A stretch of 64,000 nt of DNA from an uncultured Alphaproteobacteria bacterium (GCA_963750715.1 CAVVRP010000012.1:659956-723955), one strand, 5' to 3'; shown: positions 21,653-32,025, numbered from the stretch's first letter. Notes: a model not told the origin generated them from the letters alone. A program made the numbers and translations.

Positions 21653-23771
21653 TCATTCCGCCACCGTCAAGGTCTTGGCTTTGCCTTGTTGCCGCGACGC
21701 CTTCAACGCACTCATTTCCGCCAACACAGCCGAAGCCCGTGCGATAGCATTGGTCAGATAGAAGTCCGCAACATTCGACATGAACGCCACCTCGCCCGGC
21801 TTACCGTCGCGCGCAGCAAGTGCTGCGACCGCCTCGGCCGGCGCCCCGCCTGCCGAGTCGAGTCGGGCGAGGACGGGAGCGGCCTTGTACATGGCCGCGC
21901 GAAGAGCGGGAAGCGAGTTCGAACGGCAGAGTGTGGCCGACCTCGGCCGAAAGCGCCCGAATGATCGTCCAATCCTCTTTCGCATCACCCGGCGGGAAGG
22001 ATGCCCGCGCGGTCTGCTGCGTGCGTCCCTCGGTATTGACGTAGGTGGCGCTCTTTTCGGTGTAGGCCGCAGCCGGGAGGATGACATCGGCGCGGTGCGC
22101 GCCAGCATCGCCATGGCTGCCCTGATAGACGACGAAGGCGGAGCCGAGCCGGTTCATGTCGATCTCGTCCGCACCCAGGAGGTAGAGCACGTCGAGGCTG
22201 CCAGCCCCTGCGGCCGCAATCATTCCGTACGCATCGAGGCCGCCGTCCTTCGGCACGAAACCAAGCTCGAGACCCGCGACGCGGGACGCCGCAGTATGCA
22301 GGACGTTGAAACCGTTCCAGCCGGCATCCTTGCCGGCGTTGGCGTCGAGGACAATCCGCGCGGCACGAGAGAGAACCGCATCGCCGTCGGGACGCGCAGC
22401 CGCCCCTGCCCCCACGATCACCATTGGGCGTTGCGCGTTCTTCAGAGTGACCGCGAACGAGTGACGGCGCTCCGCGACTTCGGCCAGCGTCTGCGGCCCC
22501 GCACCCAGCCAATCGTAAGCGTAGCCAAGGTCGACTTTTTCACCGATGACGCCAACCGCAAGACCACCGCGCAGAAAGCGCTTGCGGATACGGGAATTGA
22601 GAACCGCCGCCTCGATGCGCGGGTTTGCGCCGACGATGAGGATGGCGTCCACCTGCTCGATGCCCTCGATGGTCGTGTTGAACAGATAGCCGGCTCGTCC
22701 GAGCGCGGGATCGAGCTTTGCCCCGTCCTGCCGGCAGTCGATGTTCTTCGATCCCAGCCGCGCGAAGAGTTCCCTCACCGCGAATATCTCCTCCGCACCC
22801 GCCAGATCGCCCGCGATCGCGCCGATGCGCGCCGGATTGATGGCTTTCAGGCGCTGCCCCACGAGATCGAGCGCTTCCTTCCAAGATGCGGGCCTGAGCT
22901 TGCCGTCGCGCCGGATGTAGGGCTGGTCGAGCCTTTGCCTCCTGAGCCCGTCGGCGACGTGGCGCGTCTTGTCGGAGATCCACTCCTCGTTCACGGCGTC
23001 GTTGTTGCGCGGCAGGATGCGCATGACTTCTCGGCCGCGCGTATCGACGCGGATGTTGGAGCCGACCGCGTCCATCACGTCGATGCTCTCGGTCTTTTTC
23101 AGTTCCCAAGGTCGGGCGGCATGCGCCCACGGACGGTGCGTCAGCGCGCCGACGGGACACAGATCGACGGCATTGGCGCTCATTTCGGAGAGAATGCCGT
23201 TCTCGAGGTAAGTGGTGATCTCGGCATCCTCGCCGCGCCCGATAAGGCCCAGTTCCTCGACGCCGGCGACTTCCGTCATATAGCGGACGCAGCGCGTGCA
23301 GTGAATGCAGCGCGTCATGAATGTCTTGATCAACGGCCCGATGTACTTTTCTTCGACAGCGCGCTTGTTCTCCTCGTAACGCGACCCGCCGATGCCATAG
23401 GCCATCGCCTGATCCTGCAGATCGCATTCTCCGCCCTGATCGCAGATCGGGCAGTCGAGCGGATGGTTGATCAGCAGGAATTCCATCACGCCCTGGCGCG
23501 CCTTGCGCGCAGTGGGGCTCTTGGTGAAGATCTGGTTGGGCGTGCCGTCGGGATTGGGGCGAAGTTCATTGACCGTCACGGCGCAAGACGCGAGCGGCTT
23601 GGGCGAGCCCGCGACTTCGACGAGGCACATGCGGCAATTGCCGGCGATCGAAAGGCGCTCGTGGTAGCAGAAGCGCGGAATTTCGGCGCCGGCGGCCTCG
23701 CACGCATGCATCAGCGTGGTGCCGTCCTCGACCTCGATCTCGTTGCCGTCGACAATCAGCTTCTTGGCCAT
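21653..23771 (-). pseudogene. nuoG: NADH-quinone oxidoreductase subunit G, reading frame broken by a 1-nt insertion near 21920 (possibly an assembly error)
   Basis: ORF 21801..23771 carries the Fe-S motifs (CYHERLSIAGNCRMCLVE, HPLDCPICDQGGECDLQ, RCIHCTRCVRY) down to ...GHTLPF, then Arg-rich nonsense. The conserved C-terminus NSLPALRAAMYKAAP...DFYLTNAIARASAVLAE is in ORF 21653..22114. The span is 2119 nt, which is 3n+1. Confidence 0.9.
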
Positions 23772-23829
23772 CTGTCTCGCCCAATAATTTCATCTGCGTC
23801 TCTCCCCGCATGAGAGGAAAGGGAGAAAC

Positions 23830-25113
23830 CTACTCCGCCGCCTCCTTGTGGGAGGCAGCATAAGTGTCGATGCGGCGCTCGATCTCGTCGCGGAAATGGC
23901 GAATCAGACCCTGCACCGGCCACGCAGCGGCGTCGCCGAGCGCACAGATCGTGTGCCCTTCGACTTGCTTCGTCACGTCGAGCAGCAGGTCGATCTCGCG
24001 CTTTTCGGCGCGTCCCTCGGCCATCCGCTCGAGCACGCGCCACATCCAGCCCGTACCCTCGCGGCACGGCGTGCACTGGCCGCAGCTCTCGTGCTTGTAG
24101 AAATAGGAAATGCGGGCGATCGCCTTCACGACGTCGGTCGACTTATCCATGACGATGACCGCGGCCGTCCCGAGGCCCGACTTGACCTTGCCGAGGCTGT
24201 CGAAGTCCATCGTCAGGTCATCGCATTGCCCGGCCGGTACGAGCGGCACCGACGAGCCGCCGGGGATGACGGCAAGCAGATTGTTCCAGCCGCCCCGCAC
24301 GCCGCCGGCGTGCTTCTCCAACAACTCCTTCAGCGGGATTCCCATCTCTTCCTCGACCACGCACGGTCTTTCGACGTGCCCCGAGATCTGGAACAGCTTG
24401 GTGCCGGTGTTGTTCGGCTTGCCAAGGGCTGCGAACCAGGCCGATCCGCGCCGCAGGATGTCGGGCACTACCGCGATGCTCTCGACGTTGTTGATCGTCG
24501 TCGGCGCGCCATAGAGGCCCACGTTGGCCGGGAACGGCGGCTTCAGGCGCGGCTGACCCTTCTTGCCTTCGAGGCTTTCCAGCAGTGCCGTTTCCTCGCC
24601 GCAGATGTAGGCCCCGGCGCCATGGTGCAAAAAGAGATCGAAGTCCCAGCCTTGCACGTTGTTCTTGCCGATCAGATTGGCGGCGTAGGCTTCATCGACC
24701 GCGCGCTGGAACACTTCGCGCTCGCGGATGTATTCACCCCGGACGTAGACGTAGCAGGTGTGCGCACGCATGGCGAAGGCCGCGAGCAGCGCGCCCTCGA
24801 CGAGGAGATGCGGATCATGCCGCATGATCTCACGATCCTTGCAGGAGCCCGGTTCCGACTCGTCGGCGTTGATGACGAGATAGCTCGGACGACTGTCGTT
24901 CTTGGGCATGAACGACCACTTGAGACCGGTCGGAAAGCCCGCGCCGCCGCGGCCGCGCAGGCCTGATCCTTTGACTTCGTTGATGATCCAGTCATGGCCG
25001 CGGTCAATGAACAGCTTGGTGCCGTCCCATGCGCCACGTAACAGGGCGCCCTTGAGGCTCGCGTCGTGGAAGCCGTACAGGTTCGTGAAGATGCGGTTTT
25101 TGTCAGCGAGCAT
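23830..25113 (-). CDS. nuoF: NADH-quinone oxidoreductase subunit F
   Basis: FMN/NADH site [19 protein letters not shown] and 4Fe-4S motif [12 protein letters not shown]. Confidence 0.95.
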   Translation of the reverse strand: MLADKNRIFTNLYGFHDASLKGALLRGAWDGTKLFIDRGHDWIINEVKGSGLRGRGGAGFPTGLKWSFMPKNDSRPSYLVINADESEPGSCKDREIMRHDPHLLVEGALLAAFAMRAHTCYVYVRGEYIREREVFQRAVDEAYAANLIGKNNVQGWDFDLFLHHGAGAYICGEETALLESLEGKKGQPRLKPPFPANVGLYGAPTTINNVESIAVVPDILRRGSAWFAALGKPNNTGTKLFQISGHVERPCVVEEEMGIPLKELLEKHAGGVRGGWNNLLAVIPGGSSVPLVPAGQCDDLTMDFDSLGKVKSGLGTAAVIVMDKSTDVVKAIARISYFYKHESCGQCTPCREGTGWMWRVLERMAEGRAEKREIDLLLDVTKQVEGHTICALGDAAAWPVQGLIRHFRDEIERRIDTYAASHKEAAE

Positions 25114-25119
25114 GTGGGG

Positions 25120-26304
25120 CTATTCCTTCGGCCGCTCGCCAGCATTGCCGTCGGGGCGCCAGCCGCCGGCAAGTTTGGCACATTGTTCCTGCCACTTGTC
25201 GCGCACGATGCGACCCTTGAAGCCGGGCATCTGCTCCTCGAACCAGACAACTTCCGCCGCCGACCATTTTGCGATCTGGTCGAAATGCCAGATGCCAAGT
25301 TCGTTCATGCGGGATTCGAGCTTTTCAGCGACCCCCCAGATCAGCTTGAGATCGTCGGCCTTGGCGCCGCGCGGCGCACTCAGCAATTCGGGCTTGACGC
25401 GCGATGCGGCGACAGACGCGGGCACAGTTTCGACCTTGAGCCTTGCCAATTCATCCGCCGACAGCGGCTGGCCGTTGCCGCGCGCCTCCAGTTCCTTGAC
25501 CAAGCCGGCGTTCGCCATGGCCGCAAGGGCGGCCGGATGCAGTTGCGGAGCCTTGGACGCTGCATCGGCTACCGGAGCAGCTGGAACGGGTGCCGCCGCG
25601 GCCGGAGCGGCCGACGGCGCGGCGGCGACTGGGGTAGCCGATGCGGCGGCCGCTTCATGGAAGCGCTTCTTCCAGGTTCCGACGTGAGAGCCATCATACA
25701 GCAAAGGGTCCTGCAGCGTGGTCGGGCCGCCGCTCGGACACGATGCGGTGCGTCCCGTCTGGGAACCGGGCTTGGGCGGCTTGCCATTGTCGAAGCCATC
25801 CAGAAGCGCTTCGAAGCTCTCCCGCGTCAGATCCTCGTAGGTTTCCTTGTCGATCTGGACCATCGGAGCGTTGGCGCAGCTACCGAGGCACTCGACCTCT
25901 TCCCAAGAGAAATTACCGTCGGCGGAGACTTCGTGCGCGTGCGCGGCGATGCGCGATCTGCATACGGAGATCAACTCGCCCGAACCGCGTAGCATGCACG
26001 GCGTCGTTCCGCACACCTGGATGTGCGCCTTGCGGCCTATCGGCCCCAACTGGAACATCGTGTAAAACGTCGCGACTTCGTAGACGCGGATGTGGGCCAT
26101 GCCGAGCATGTCGGCGACGGCTCGGATTGCCGGTTCCGTGATCCAGCCGCCGATCTGCTCCTGGGCACGCCACAGGACCGGGATGACGGCGGATGCTTGC
26201 TTGCCGGCTGGATACTTGGCAATCGTCTCCTGGGCCCAGACAAGGTTCTCCGGGTTAAATGCAAAGCTCGGCGGCTGATCGGAATGAAGTCGGCGAACGC
26301 CCAT
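25120..26304 (-). CDS. nuoE: NADH-quinone oxidoreductase subunit E with a long C-terminal extension
   Basis: Thioredoxin-like 2Fe-2S domain (CGTTPCMLRG...ECLGSCANAP). This is followed by an Ala/Pro-rich linker and a roughly 70-aa C-terminal module (DDLKLIWGVAEKLESRMNELGIWHFDQIAKWSAAEV...). 394 aa in total. Confidence 0.92.
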   Translation of the reverse strand: MGVRRLHSDQPPSFAFNPENLVWAQETIAKYPAGKQASAVIPVLWRAQEQIGGWITEPAIRAVADMLGMAHIRVYEVATFYTMFQLGPIGRKAHIQVCGTTPCMLRGSGELISVCRSRIAAHAHEVSADGNFSWEEVECLGSCANAPMVQIDKETYEDLTRESFEALLDGFDNGKPPKPGSQTGRTASCPSGGPTTLQDPLLYDGSHVGTWKKRFHEAAAASATPVAAAPSAAPAAAAPVPAAPVADAASKAPQLHPAALAAMANAGLVKELEARGNGQPLSADELARLKVETVPASVAASRVKPELLSAPRGAKADDLKLIWGVAEKLESRMNELGIWHFDQIAKWSAAEVVWFEEQMPGFKGRIVRDKWQEQCAKLAGGWRPDGNAGERPKE

Positions 26305-26549
26305 CGTTGGCTCCAGGCTTGCGGCGCGACGAACGGTTTTGCGCGACGTACGAAAGCCGCTTTGAACGGAAATCGCATGCAGCCGAGGCCGCAGTGCAAG
26401 CCCCCGTCGGCAGACAGCATCCCAACTACGGCGTTAACTGTCACAAGGCAAGCGCTTGCGGATGGGGGTCGCGTGGAAAGTCCGCGCCGCGTTGTCGCGA
26501 GTAGAACTTGCGGGCCTTACTAGGAAATAATGAGGGGCCCAGACCGGGT

Positions 26550-26996
26550 TCAGCCGTGCCCGTAGCCGCTGAGGCGGTAGCCGGGCGCGCCCTGGCCTGC
26601 CGCTTGATCCGTTTTACGGTCGATAATGCCCGCATCCGAGCGAAGCCAGCCGAACTTGTCGAAGTCGCTGAGCCAGCCGATCAGCAGCAGCGCGGCCGCT
26701 ACCGGGGCCAGAATCAGAGAAATTTGTGATCCGACCCGAAGAAATCCGATCCAGAAAACCGTGAGGAGAATTCCGAACAAAACAATGATCAGGCCGCCGT
26801 TCTCCGGTCCCCGGGCGGCGGCGAATAGAATACCCGCCAGGAACGAGAAAATTCCCAGAATCGCCGGTACCGCCGGCAGATCGGCCTGAAGGGATCCCAT
26901 CGGCCAGCCGTTGCGGCGGGCGAACATGCGGTAGGTCGCAAGCGACAGGCCCCACCCCAGCGCACCGACGGCCAGAAGGAACATGTTGTCGATCAT
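26550..26996 (-). CDS. Hypothetical small integral membrane protein embedded in the nuo operon
   Basis: About 148 aa from MIDNMFLLAVGALGW, with 4 predicted TM helices. It has the same orientation as the nuo genes and lies between nuoD and nuoE. The start could also be at 26984 or 27077. Confidence 0.5.
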   Translation of the reverse strand: MIDNMFLLAVGALGWGLSLATYRMFARRNGWPMGSLQADLPAVPAILGIFSFLAGILFAAARGPENGGLIIVLFGILLTVFWIGFLRVGSQISLILAPVAAALLLIGWLSDFDKFGWLRSDAGIIDRKTDQAAGQGAPGYRLSGYGHG

Positions 26997-27173
26997 GAAC
27001 GCACACTCCCAGAGCCGATCCGTTGCAGGTATACGCCCTTTGCGTTGCAGATCGAAGCCAGTAGGATTGAGTGGCACCCGCCAAAGGGCCGCTCGGTTGT
27101 GCCAGTTTTACCCAAAACCGGCTAGCTGCGCCGCCCGCGAAGGTTAAACTGTGGGCCGTACGGCGCCGGCGAC

Positions 27174-28364
27174 CTACCGGTCGATCTCACCGAACACGAT
27201 GTCGAGCGAGCCGAGAATCGCGGATACGTCGGCCAGCATGTGGCCCCTGTTGAGGAAGTCCATTGCCGCCAGATGCGGGAAGCCCGGCGCGCGGATCTTG
27301 CAGCGGTAAGGCTTGTTCGAGCCGTCGGCCACGAGATAGACGCCGAACTCGCCTTTCGGCGCCTCGACCGCCGCGTACACCTCTCCCTCGGGAACGTGGA
27401 AGCCCTCTGTGTAGAGCTTGAAGTGATGGATCAGCGCTTCCATGGAGCGCTTCATCTCCGCGCGCTTGGGCGGCACAACCTTCTTGTTGTTGGCGCTGAT
27501 GGGGCCCTGTCCGGCCGGTTCGATCAGCTTGGCGCAGGCTTGCTTCATGATCTTGACGCTTTCGCGCATTTCCAGCACACGGCACAGATAGCGGTCGTAG
27601 CAATCGCCATTCTTGCCGATCGGAATGTCGAATTCGAACTCGGAATAGCACTCATAAGGCTGCACCTTGCGCAGATCCCATGCCGCGCCCGAGCCACGCA
27701 CCATGACGCCGGAGAAACCCCATTCGAAGGCGTCGTCAAGCTTGACGACGCCGATATCGACGTTGCGCTGCTTGAAGATGCGATTCTCGGTCAGTAGCCC
27801 TTCGATGTCGTCCAGCACCTTCGGAAACTGATCGCACCAGGTGTCGATGTCCGCGATGAGCTGTTCGGGCAGATCCTGATGCACGCCGCCTATGCGGAAG
27901 TACTTGGCATGCATGCGCGAGCCCGACGCGCGCTCGTAGAACACCATCAGCTTTTCGCGTTCCTCAAAGCCCCACAGCGGCGGAGTCAGCGCGCCGACGT
28001 CCATGGCCTGCGTGGTGACGTTGAGCAGATGCGACAGGTGGCGGCCGATCTCTGAATAGAGGACGCGGATCAGCTGCGCGCGGCGCGGCACCGTCAGCCC
28101 AAGCAGCTTTTCCGTCGCGAGGCAGAACGCGTGCTCCTGGTTCATGGGCGCGACGTAGTCGAGACGGTCGAAGTACCCGATCGCTTGCAGGTACGTCTTG
28201 TGTTCGATCAGCTTCTCGGTACCCCGGTGCAGCAGGCCGATGTGGGGATCGACGCGCTCGACCACCTCGCCATCGAGTTCCAGCACCAGACGCAGCACGC
28301 CGTGCGCCGCCGGATGCTGGGGGCCGAAGTTGATGTTGAACTGGCGAATCTCTGTCTCAGCCAT
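27174..28364 (-). CDS. nuoD: NADH-quinone oxidoreductase subunit D
   Basis: 396 aa: [25 protein letters not shown]...HRGTEKL... and C-terminal [13 protein letters not shown]. Confidence 0.95.
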   Translation of the reverse strand: MAETEIRQFNINFGPQHPAAHGVLRLVLELDGEVVERVDPHIGLLHRGTEKLIEHKTYLQAIGYFDRLDYVAPMNQEHAFCLATEKLLGLTVPRRAQLIRVLYSEIGRHLSHLLNVTTQAMDVGALTPPLWGFEEREKLMVFYERASGSRMHAKYFRIGGVHQDLPEQLIADIDTWCDQFPKVLDDIEGLLTENRIFKQRNVDIGVVKLDDAFEWGFSGVMVRGSGAAWDLRKVQPYECYSEFEFDIPIGKNGDCYDRYLCRVLEMRESVKIMKQACAKLIEPAGQGPISANNKKVVPPKRAEMKRSMEALIHHFKLYTEGFHVPEGEVYAAVEAPKGEFGVYLVADGSNKPYRCKIRAPGFPHLAAMDFLNRGHMLADVSAILGSLDIVFGEIDR

Positions 28365-28373
28365 GTGTCTCGC

Positions 28374-28823
28374 TCAGGTCTTTTCGTTCGCCACACCAAA
28401 AACCGCCATGGCTTCTTCACCCATGGCTTCTTCACCGGTCTGCTTCACCGTGTCGTTCGCGAAGGCATAGTAGGCCGGCTTGTCTTCGATGAAGATTTCC
28501 GTCGCCAGATGCAAGTTGGTTTGATCGTCGAGCGCGCCGGTGGACACAGCGTAGCGGTCTTCGCCGACGGTTTTCCAGAACAGGCTCGACCCGCACACCT
28601 TGCAAAAGCCCCGCTCGCCCCATTCGGATGACTTGTAGAGGCCGATGTTGTCCGCGCCTTCGAACTTCGGCGCGCCGATGGTCTCCAGAAACATCGATAT
28701 GCCGCCCGACCAGCGATTGCACATGCTGCAATGACAGACGGCGACGTCATGCCACTTCGCCGTGGCTATGAACCGTACTGCGCCGCACAGGCATGTGCCG
28801 GTGATCTCGTGAGCCTCAGCCAT
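28374..28823 (-). CDS. GFA-family (glutathione-dependent formaldehyde-activating/CENP-V-like) Zn-binding protein
   Basis: Cys pattern CLCGAVRF...CHCSMC...CKVCGS, typical of the GFA fold. 149 aa. It contains an in-frame GEEAM-GEEAM duplication. Its start overlaps the upstream thioesterase stop by 8 nt. Confidence 0.8.
   Translation of the reverse strand: MAEAHEITGTCLCGAVRFIATAKWHDVAVCHCSMCNRWSGGISMFLETIGAPKFEGADNIGLYKSSEWGERGFCKVCGSSLFWKTVGEDRYAVSTGALDDQTNLHLATEIFIEDKPAYYAFANDTVKQTGEEAMGEEAMAVFGVANEKT
28406..28435. repeat. Perfect 15-bp tandem duplication (ccatggcttcttcac x2) inside the GFA gene
   Basis: Read directly from the sequence at 28406-28420 and 28421-28435. In frame it encodes GEEAMGEEAM in the C-terminal tail. 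Confidence 0.9.
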
Positions 28824-29283
28824 GCTGACCCGGAACCTTTGCTGGATTGACGATCTCGGTCACGCGCGCGGCCTTGGCCTTCTGGTTGACGCGGGCGACG
28901 AAGCGCTCGAGCGCCACCACCATGCGCACGTGACGGCCCTCGCCGATCAGTTCGATGCCATCGTGAGCCTTGACGTTGAAGGCGATACGCCGGCCATCGA
29001 CTGCGGTGCATTCGGCATCGACCGTCACGGTCTGGCCGGGAACGGTCGCCGCGATATGCGACACGTCGATGTGGATGCCAAGGCTCCCCTCGCCCTCGTC
29101 CAGATGCGGCTCGAGCACCTTGAGGCACGTCCATTCCATCAGGCCGACCATGAAGCCGGTCGCGAACACGCGCGGCATGTGCTGGAACTCGTACGCTTCC
29201 GGATAAAGGTGCGGCACGGTCTTTTCCGCCGGCACCTTGTAGGAAAAGCGCGAGGTTGCACCCACTTTCAGCGTGTTCTTCAT
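28816..29283 (-). CDS. Hotdog-fold thioesterase (FlK-like family)
   Basis: 155 aa from [17 protein letters not shown], with [15 protein letters not shown] typical of this thioesterase family. The ATG at 29281-29283 overlaps the nuoC TGA (ATGA). The 25 extra codons in the track ORF are Arg-rich noise. Confidence 0.72.
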   Translation of the reverse strand: MKNTLKVGATSRFSYKVPAEKTVPHLYPEAYEFQHMPRVFATGFMVGLMEWTCLKVLEPHLDEGEGSLGIHIDVSHIAATVPGQTVTVDAECTAVDGRRIAFNVKAHDGIELIGEGRHVRMVVALERFVARVNQKAKAARVTEIVNPAKVPGQHG

Positions 29284-29909
29284 CTCAAGCCTTGCCGGCG
29301 GCCGGCGGCCGGGTTGCCTTTTTCGTCGCCGGGAAGAATGCCGCCTTCGCCCTCCCACGGGCTCTCGAAGTCGAACGTACGGAATTCCTGAGTAAGCTTG
29401 ACCGGCTCGTAGATCACCCGCTTCAGTTCGTCGTCGTAGCGGACCTCCACGTGACCTGTGAGCGGGAAATCCTTGCGCAACGGGAAGCCCTGGAAGCCGT
29501 AGTCGGTCAGAAGCCGTCGCAGATCGGGATGGCCCGAGAACAGAATGCCGTACATGTCGTAGGCTTCGCGCTCATACCAGTTGGCGACGGGAAAGAGATC
29601 GCTGACACTGGGCACGGGCGTCGTCTCGTCCGTCATCGTCTTGATACGGATGCGATGGTTCAAGCGCGGCGACAGCAAATGATAGACGACGTCGAAGCGC
29701 TTTGCGCGCGCCGGATAGTCGACGCCGCACAGATCGATCAGTACCTCGAAATGGCAGCGCGCGTCCTCGCGCAGCGTCTTCACCACCTCCATGATGCTCT
29801 CGGGCTTGATGGTGACCGTCAGCTCATCATGCGCAATGTTGCTCGCCGTCACGGCCGCGCCGAGCTTGGCGGCGACGTAGTCCTCGAGCTCTTTCAGCAT
29901 CTCGTTCAT
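29280..29909 (-). CDS. nuoC: NADH-quinone oxidoreductase subunit C
   Basis: 209 aa with conserved [31 protein letters not shown]. Confidence 0.94.
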   Translation of the reverse strand: MNEMLKELEDYVAAKLGAAVTASNIAHDELTVTIKPESIMEVVKTLREDARCHFEVLIDLCGVDYPARAKRFDVVYHLLSPRLNHRIRIKTMTDETTPVPSVSDLFPVANWYEREAYDMYGILFSGHPDLRRLLTDYGFQGFPLRKDFPLTGHVEVRYDDELKRVIYEPVKLTQEFRTFDFESPWEGEGGILPGDEKGNPAAGRRQGLR

Positions 29910-29971
29910 ATCGCCCGCTCACTCGCCTAACTGCGGCGTCATGCTGTCCCGCAACGGCCGGAAGCGACGCC

Positions 29972-30547
29972 TTACCGTTCGATCGTTCCTGTGCGCCGGA
30001 TCTTTCTCTGCAGCAGCAAAACGCCGTAAACCAGCGCTTCCGCCGTCGGCGGGCAACCCGGCACGTAGACGTCGACCGGCACGATGCGGTCGCACCCGCG
30101 CACGACGGCGTAGGAATAGTGATAGTAGCCGCCGCCATTCGCGCAGCTTCCCATCGAGATGACATAGCGCGGCTCGGGCATCTGGTCGTAGACCTTGCGC
30201 AGCGCAGGCGCCATCTTGTTGGTCAGCGTGCCGGCGACGATCATCACGTCGGACTGGCGGGGCGAGGCGCGCGGCGCGAAGCCGAAGCGCTCCAGATCAT
30301 AACGCGGCATCGAGGCCTGCATCATCTCGACGGCGCAGCAGGCAAGCCCGAACGTCATCCACATGAGCGAACCCGTGCGCGCCCAGTTGATGAGATCGTC
30401 GGTCGTGGTGACGAGGAAGCCCTTATCGGCAAGCTCGTTGTTGACCCCGGTGAAGTACGGGTCGCCCGGCTTGATGAGGCAGCCGCCGCCCGTCGCGCCT
30501 TCGCGCGCCTTGTCGAATGCGACCTGTGGCGGAACAATCAATCCCAT
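29972..30547 (-). CDS. nuoB: NADH-quinone oxidoreductase subunit B
   Basis: 191 aa from MGLIVPP. N2-cluster cysteines are present ([26 protein letters not shown]). The upstream part of the track ORF overlaps nuoA out of frame. Confidence 0.94.
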   Translation of the reverse strand: MGLIVPPQVAFDKAREGATGGGCLIKPGDPYFTGVNNELADKGFLVTTTDDLINWARTGSLMWMTFGLACCAVEMMQASMPRYDLERFGFAPRASPRQSDVMIVAGTLTNKMAPALRKVYDQMPEPRYVISMGSCANGGGYYHYSYAVVRGCDRIVPVDVYVPGCPPTAEALVYGVLLLQRKIRRTGTIER

Positions 30548-30906
30548 TCGAGAGCGCCTTTCTTCCATTCGTAAATGAACCCGATGGTCAGTACGGCAAG
30601 GAAGATCATCATGGACCAGAACCCGAAGGCGCCGATTTCCTTGAACGCCACCGCCCACGGGAACAGGAATGCGATCTCGAGATCGAAAATGATAAACAGG
30701 ATCGAGACCAGGTAGAAGCGCACGTCGAATTTCATGCGCGCATCGTCGAAAGCGTTGAAGCCGCACTCGTAGGCTGAGACCTTCTCGGGGTCGGGATTGC
30801 GCACCGCGACCAGGAACGGCGTCAGCAGCAGCAGACCGCCGATGCCGAGCCCAACGCCGATGAAAACGGCAAGCGGCAGATACTGGGTCAGGAGCAGTTC
30901 GTTCAT
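30538..30906 (-). CDS. nuoA: NADH-quinone oxidoreductase subunit A
   Basis: 122 aa with 3 TM segments: [36 protein letters not shown]. Confidence 0.94.
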   Translation of the reverse strand: MNELLLTQYLPLAVFIGVGLGIGGLLLLTPFLVAVRNPDPEKVSAYECGFNAFDDARMKFDVRFYLVSILFIIFDLEIAFLFPWAVAFKEIGAFGFWSMMIFLAVLTIGFIYEWKKGALEWD

Positions 30907-31134
30907 GTCAATCCCCGACTGGCTCGCCGGTCCCGGCCGTGAAAAAACCTGCCAGCGAGAGCTAATCAGGTGGTATCCCAGCGTACGCGGCGGCGCAACC
31001 TTTGCCTCATGCGCGCAAAGCGCACTCCAGGGCCTGAAGGTCGGGCAGCAGCAAGAATCAGACGATTAGAGAGACGTCATATGCCCGAAGGGCAAGCGGC
31101 CAACGGCCGTCGCGACATGCCGCGCGTCTCCGAG

Positions 31135-31161
31135 TGACCCGAAGCCGAAGGCGTCGGGTCA
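31135..31161 (-). other. Stem-loop 12 nt downstream of tRNA-Asp (possible processing or termination signal)
   Basis: TGACCCGA...TCGGGTCA forms an 8-bp outer stem, with an inner GCC-GAA-GGC stem. No U-tract follows on the minus strand, so it is not a canonical intrinsic terminator. Confidence 0.3.
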
Positions 31162-31173
31162 GCCGAGGAAAAA

Positions 31174-31250
31174 TGGCGCGAGAGACGGGACTTGAACCCG
31201 CGGCCTCCGCCGTGACAGGGCGGCGCTCTAACCAACTGAGCTACTCCCGC
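31174..31250 (-). tRNA. tRNA-Asp (GTC)
   Basis: The reverse complement GCGGGAGTAGCTCAGTTGGTTAGAGCGCCGCCCTGTCACGGCGGAGGCCGCGGGTTCAAGTCCCGTCTCTCGCGCCA folds as a cloverleaf. The anticodon loop is CTGTCAC. CCA is encoded. Confidence 0.95.
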
Positions 31251-31363
31251 AAATCCGATACTTCGCGAACGGCCGGGCCGTTGTGGTCACCGGCGTGGGA
31301 TACGTGTTCGCCGGTTCCAAGTCAAGCGCGGCATGGGCGTCGCCCGCCGCTTCGACAGGCCGT

Positions 31364-31870
31364 TCACGTGCGGCGCATGAAATCCCGTTTGCCGACGTCC
31401 AGTCCGCAGCTGCGAAGGATGCCGTAAGCGGTGGCGCAGTGGAAATAGAAGTTCGGCAAGGCGAAATGCAGCAGATAATCGCGACCGGTGAACGTCATCT
31501 CGTTGGGGCCGACATTGATGGTCAGCGAGCGGTCGTCTGAACCTTCCATCTTCTCGGGGCTGACGGTTTCGATGAAGGCCAGCGTCTTGGCGATCCGGGC
31601 CTTCAGTTCAGGGATCGTCTGCTCGGTATCCGGGTGGCTCGGCGGTTCGACGCCGGCTAGCCTTGCGGTAGCAGACTTGGCGAAGTCGCAGGCAACCTGG
31701 ATCTGCCGCTTCGCGTCGAACATGTCGGGGAACAACCGCGTGCCGAGTAGAACAGCCGGTTCGACCTTCTTCGCCCCGGCATAGGCGGCCGCCTTGTCAA
31801 GGATGCCGTCGAGCGCATGCAGGTGCTTTTGAAACGCGGGAACGGAAGCCTGATACATGGTGATCGACAT
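31364..31870 (-). CDS. DUF1993-domain protein
   Basis: 168 aa from MSITMYQASVPAFQKHLHAL..., ending ...FYFHCATAYGILRSCG, which matches the DUF1993 family. The upstream 70 codons of the track ORF run through tRNA-Val and are spurious. Confidence 0.78.
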   Translation of the reverse strand: MSITMYQASVPAFQKHLHALDGILDKAAAYAGAKKVEPAVLLGTRLFPDMFDAKRQIQVACDFAKSATARLAGVEPPSHPDTEQTIPELKARIAKTLAFIETVSPEKMEGSDDRSLTINVGPNEMTFTGRDYLLHFALPNFYFHCATAYGILRSCGLDVGKRDFMRRT

Positions 31871-31950
31871 ACTGGTGGTCCCCAACGGCCTGAAGGTGCA
31901 TGCGGCCAAGAGCCGTAAGCGTCGCCAAACGTGTTCGAATGAAAGGTGAC

Positions 31951-32025
<75 letters not shown>

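Noticed and set aside
21780-23813. 677-aa plus-strand ORF
   Set aside because: It is antisense to nuoG. The Arg/Asp/His/Gly-rich composition has no recognisable motifs, whereas the opposite strand carries unmistakable NuoG Fe-S motifs. This is a typical GC-rich shadow ORF.
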